64,000 nucleotides of DNA from Lama glama. Lineage: Eukaryota. The stretch is from the NCBI GenBank assembly GCA_028534125.1, contig CM052832.1, positions 10,976,001 through 11,040,000 on the forward strand, given 5' to 3'. The stretch's first letter is position 1. Every line of letters begins with the position of its first letter. The position numbers were made by a program, and so were the translations under genes. Shown in pieces: positions 61,070 to 64,000 of this stretch. Under the pieces are notes generated by a model. It ran no database searches and had not been told where the DNA came from. It worked only from the letters and a program-made list of their open reading frames with translations.

Positions 61070-61470
61070 CTCTTTGTCTCAGCTTCTGTTTGTGGAACTC
61101 CAATGAAGATTCGAGGGCAAGTCATGTTTATTTTGGATGTGATCCGAGGAAACAAGGGTTGGAGAGTGGGAAAGTGAGCAAAGGAAGGGGAGCAGCAGTG
61201 TGTAACTTGCCACTGCAAGCTCTGACGCTTAATCCCATTGAGGAATTCTGGGAACTGTTGCAGGAAACACACCTCAGAGTTATCCCACGCAGGAGGTGAG
61301 GAGGCTCACACCAGATCTTGTCCATCCTTAGTTGAGAGCTGTGTGTGTAGATTAAGGTATTTGAGGAGAGGAGGTCTTCAGGCAGAGAAGCAGTTGCCCG
61401 GAGATGGAAGTTGGGCCAGTGTGCGCTGTAATGAACAGGGCTGAAGGAATCTAGACAGGACACCAACAGC
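61070..61470. mobile_element. LTR16/33-like ERVL LTR
   Basis: 'gattcgagggcaagtcatgtttattttggatgtgatccgaggaa'. Confidence 0.6.
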
Positions 61471-62066
61471 TTCTGCTTGATACCCAACCAGATACCTGTG
61501 GTCTCCCCACCATCATTCAGAGAGCCTGGTTGGAGTGGGTGTCCTGAATGAGAGGGGAGGGCACTAGTGATTGTATGGGACCAGACCATCAGGAAAGTGC
61601 TGTCTGTTGGGTATCCTGACATGAATGCCTCCAAGGACTGTGACATGGGGCCATGGAATTGACTGCAGAATGCTCCTAAGCACTTCCCTTATGTCCAGAA
61701 TTGTGAGGACCCAGAAGAAACGGATGGGTCTGTCTTCATAAAGAGGAGACAGTTTGCAGGGCCCCAGACATTCTGGCTTACGGTGTGGTCTCCTGTGGCC
61801 GTGTCTGACAGTTCAGATCCGGCTCTCTGTTTTCACAGGGGATTTCACATCACTGGAGGAACTTTCCCACCCTCTTGACAGCATCCCTAACATCCCCCCA
61901 AGTAACTCTCAATCTACGACGATTGCAGGGAATAACCATTTGCCCCAGTATTCATCACCGTCTCCCCAATTTCCCAAAGATCGAACCCAGTTTGGAGGAG
62001 CTGTTCCTTTAGGCTGTTCTCACTTATCTAAACCACAAGCAAGTACCCAAGAATTATTATGTAAAG

Positions 62067-62446
62067 CAGTGCTTTTCAGTGGTGGCTCTGAGAACCACTA
62101 AACCAACCACTAGAGGAAGTTGTTTAAAAAGTGGCTTTCTGGACTCCATCCTATACCCTCTGAATCTGAGCCCGAGAGCAGGGTATCTGCACCTTTTAAG
62201 AAGCAACCTAGGTGATTCTAATACATGACCTATTCCTATGGTTCTCAAATTTTGCGAGACACATTAGAATTACCTGGGGAGTGTCTATCCACCCCGCCTC
62301 CTACTCTCCAACCACCTCCCACACCCCCAGTGCTCAGGCCACACACAAGAGCAATTCAGTCAAAATCCAGGAGTGAGGTCTGGCATCCAGATGGTTTAAA
62401 ACTCCCCAGGTAATTGCAGTGTGCATCCAAGTTTGAGAGCCAGTGA
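62067..62446. mobile_element. Two adjacent MER5-type hAT MITEs
   Basis: 'cagtgcttttcagtgg...aggtgattctaat' and 'ggttctcaaattt...tagaattacctgggga...aagtttgagagccagtg'. Confidence 0.75.
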
Positions 62447-62799
62447 CCCTACCTGTAGCTAATAGAGATGATACTATTAAACAGTTGACTGAGAAACTGG
62501 AAGCCCTAATCTTTAAAGTGTTTTTAAAAATTGGCCTTAGACGTCTTCTCTAAGACTCTCAATTTAGTCCCAAAGTGGGACTAAATGTCTGTCACAGATC
62601 TGTTTGTATATCCACTACCTTCTTAGTGTTTTGTCCCTCTGCTCCCAAAAGAATAAAGTGCTGGTGGGCCCCATTTACTTGTGTCCAGGACCATGGCCCT
62701 CAACCCCAGAATGCATAAGCAAGAGGCGAAATGTTGCTTCAGAGTTCTGGTACAAGATAGGTCACCAGAAGTTTGGAAAGACCAGAAAGACCGTGGCCT

Positions 62800-63301
62800 T
62801 TTATTTGTTATCTGTTGCTATGTAACAATACTTGAAAATTTAGCAGAGTAAAAGAATAAACATTATCTCACATGACTTCTAAGGGCCAGGAATTCAAGAG
62901 TGGCTTAGTTTGGTAGTTTGGGCTCAGGAGGTTACAGTCAAGCTGTCGACTAGGGCATCATGCACCTGGGGCTGCAGGATCTGCTCCCAGGCTCACTCAC
63001 TGGGGTGTTCCTCCCTGGCTGTTGGAACAGGGGCCACATGGGCCTCTCCACAGGGTTCCCTGAATGTTCAAAACACATGGCAACTGGCTTCTCCCATAGC
63101 AGGTGATCCAAGAGGGAGAGGGGACCCCAAATGGGAGCTGCAGTGTCTTGTCTAACCTGGTTTTTAAGTGGTATGTCATCACTTCTGCTGCATGCTCTTA
63201 ATCACACAGAACAACCCGATACAAGGTGGGAGGAGACCACACAAGAACTCAGCTACGACTAGGTGAGAATCATCGCAGGCCATCTTGGAAGCTGGCTACC
63301 A
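62800..63301 (-). mobile_element. MLT1-type MaLR LTR
   Basis: 'gttatctgttgctatgtaacaa...ggccatcttggaagctggctacca'. Confidence 0.75.
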
Positions 63302-64000
63302 GGCCTTCTTGGACCACCTACCTAGTGTTTGCAAAAAGTATCAGGAGGAGGAGGCCCAAGTGCAGCTAACAATCAACAAATAGTGCTTTTCAGTTCAGCT
63401 CCTGTTCCTTGTGCTCCTCTAAGGAACACTGTGAGCTGGAGGAGTGACTGGCATTCGAGAGCCCCATGGAAAATGCCCTCTCATACTATTAAACTCCTCC
63501 CCCTGCACTCATCACAGCAGATCAAGTGAGCACTTTCACAGAACTGGGGAACCAGTCACTGTATGAGAAGGTGTGGGCTCCGGCACATGGCTGGTTCAGG
63601 ATCTTAAATGAGTTTGGATCTTTTCATGGCCTGCTTTTGAAATGTCTTTCCTAGGGTCAGGGGAGACTGACTCTGGGACATTAAATTGAGGATGAGTCTG
63701 CACATGTAATGAGTCTCTGCTGGCTAACCTCACTCCAAATGGGGAGGGCAGGGCTCCCGCGTGGGCCAGAGCAAATGCAATTCTAAACAAGCCCTTTAAT
63801 CTTGGATGGGTGGAATGGCTTTTGCTATCACAACTCCTCCTCCTCCCTCCTCTCGAAAAACTCATTCTCATGTGCTTCTCAGGAAGTTTTTTTGTTTCTC
63901 CAAGGGAACTGATGCTGCAGGAAAACTGGTAGAAGAGAGGGATTTTGATGCTGCCTTTGGGGCAGTAAAATCATCGAAGACCTGGGGGATCCAAAGGCTG

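Noticed and set aside
1..64000. CRISPR arrays, operons, rRNA or non-retroviral viral insertions
   Set aside because: Mammalian repeat-rich DNA; no repeat-spacer array or such coding signatures seen

Overview
Eutherian mammalian genomic DNA, almost certainly camelid (alpaca/llama/camel): it carries a tRNA-Ala-derived vic-1-type SINE and camelid-style L1 3' ends. I recognise no known protein-coding gene. Most of the window is transposable-element debris: old and young LINE-1 fragments, three ERVL (class III) gag/pol remnants, an internally deleted ERV1 provirus whose integrase region still reads as a 213-aa ORF, a near full-length Charlie-type hAT transposase fossil, many solo LTRs, and Tigger/MER/L2/MIR fragments. 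There is a 500-N assembly gap at 44944-45443. The best leads are modest: (i) two ERV1 solo LTRs with interferon/inflammation motif clusters (IRF + two GAS + NF-kB at 15365-15851; a duplicated GAS at 46144-46178); (ii) a weakly supported chain of minus-strand exons that may be an unannotated transcript; (iii) small rearrangement signatures (two L1s inserted in tandem at one site, micro-inversions in an L1, an RT-to-integrase deletion). Repeat family names come from recalled consensus resemblance, not from a database search, and boundaries without a TSD or TIR are approximate. I found no evidence of a wholly new biological system.
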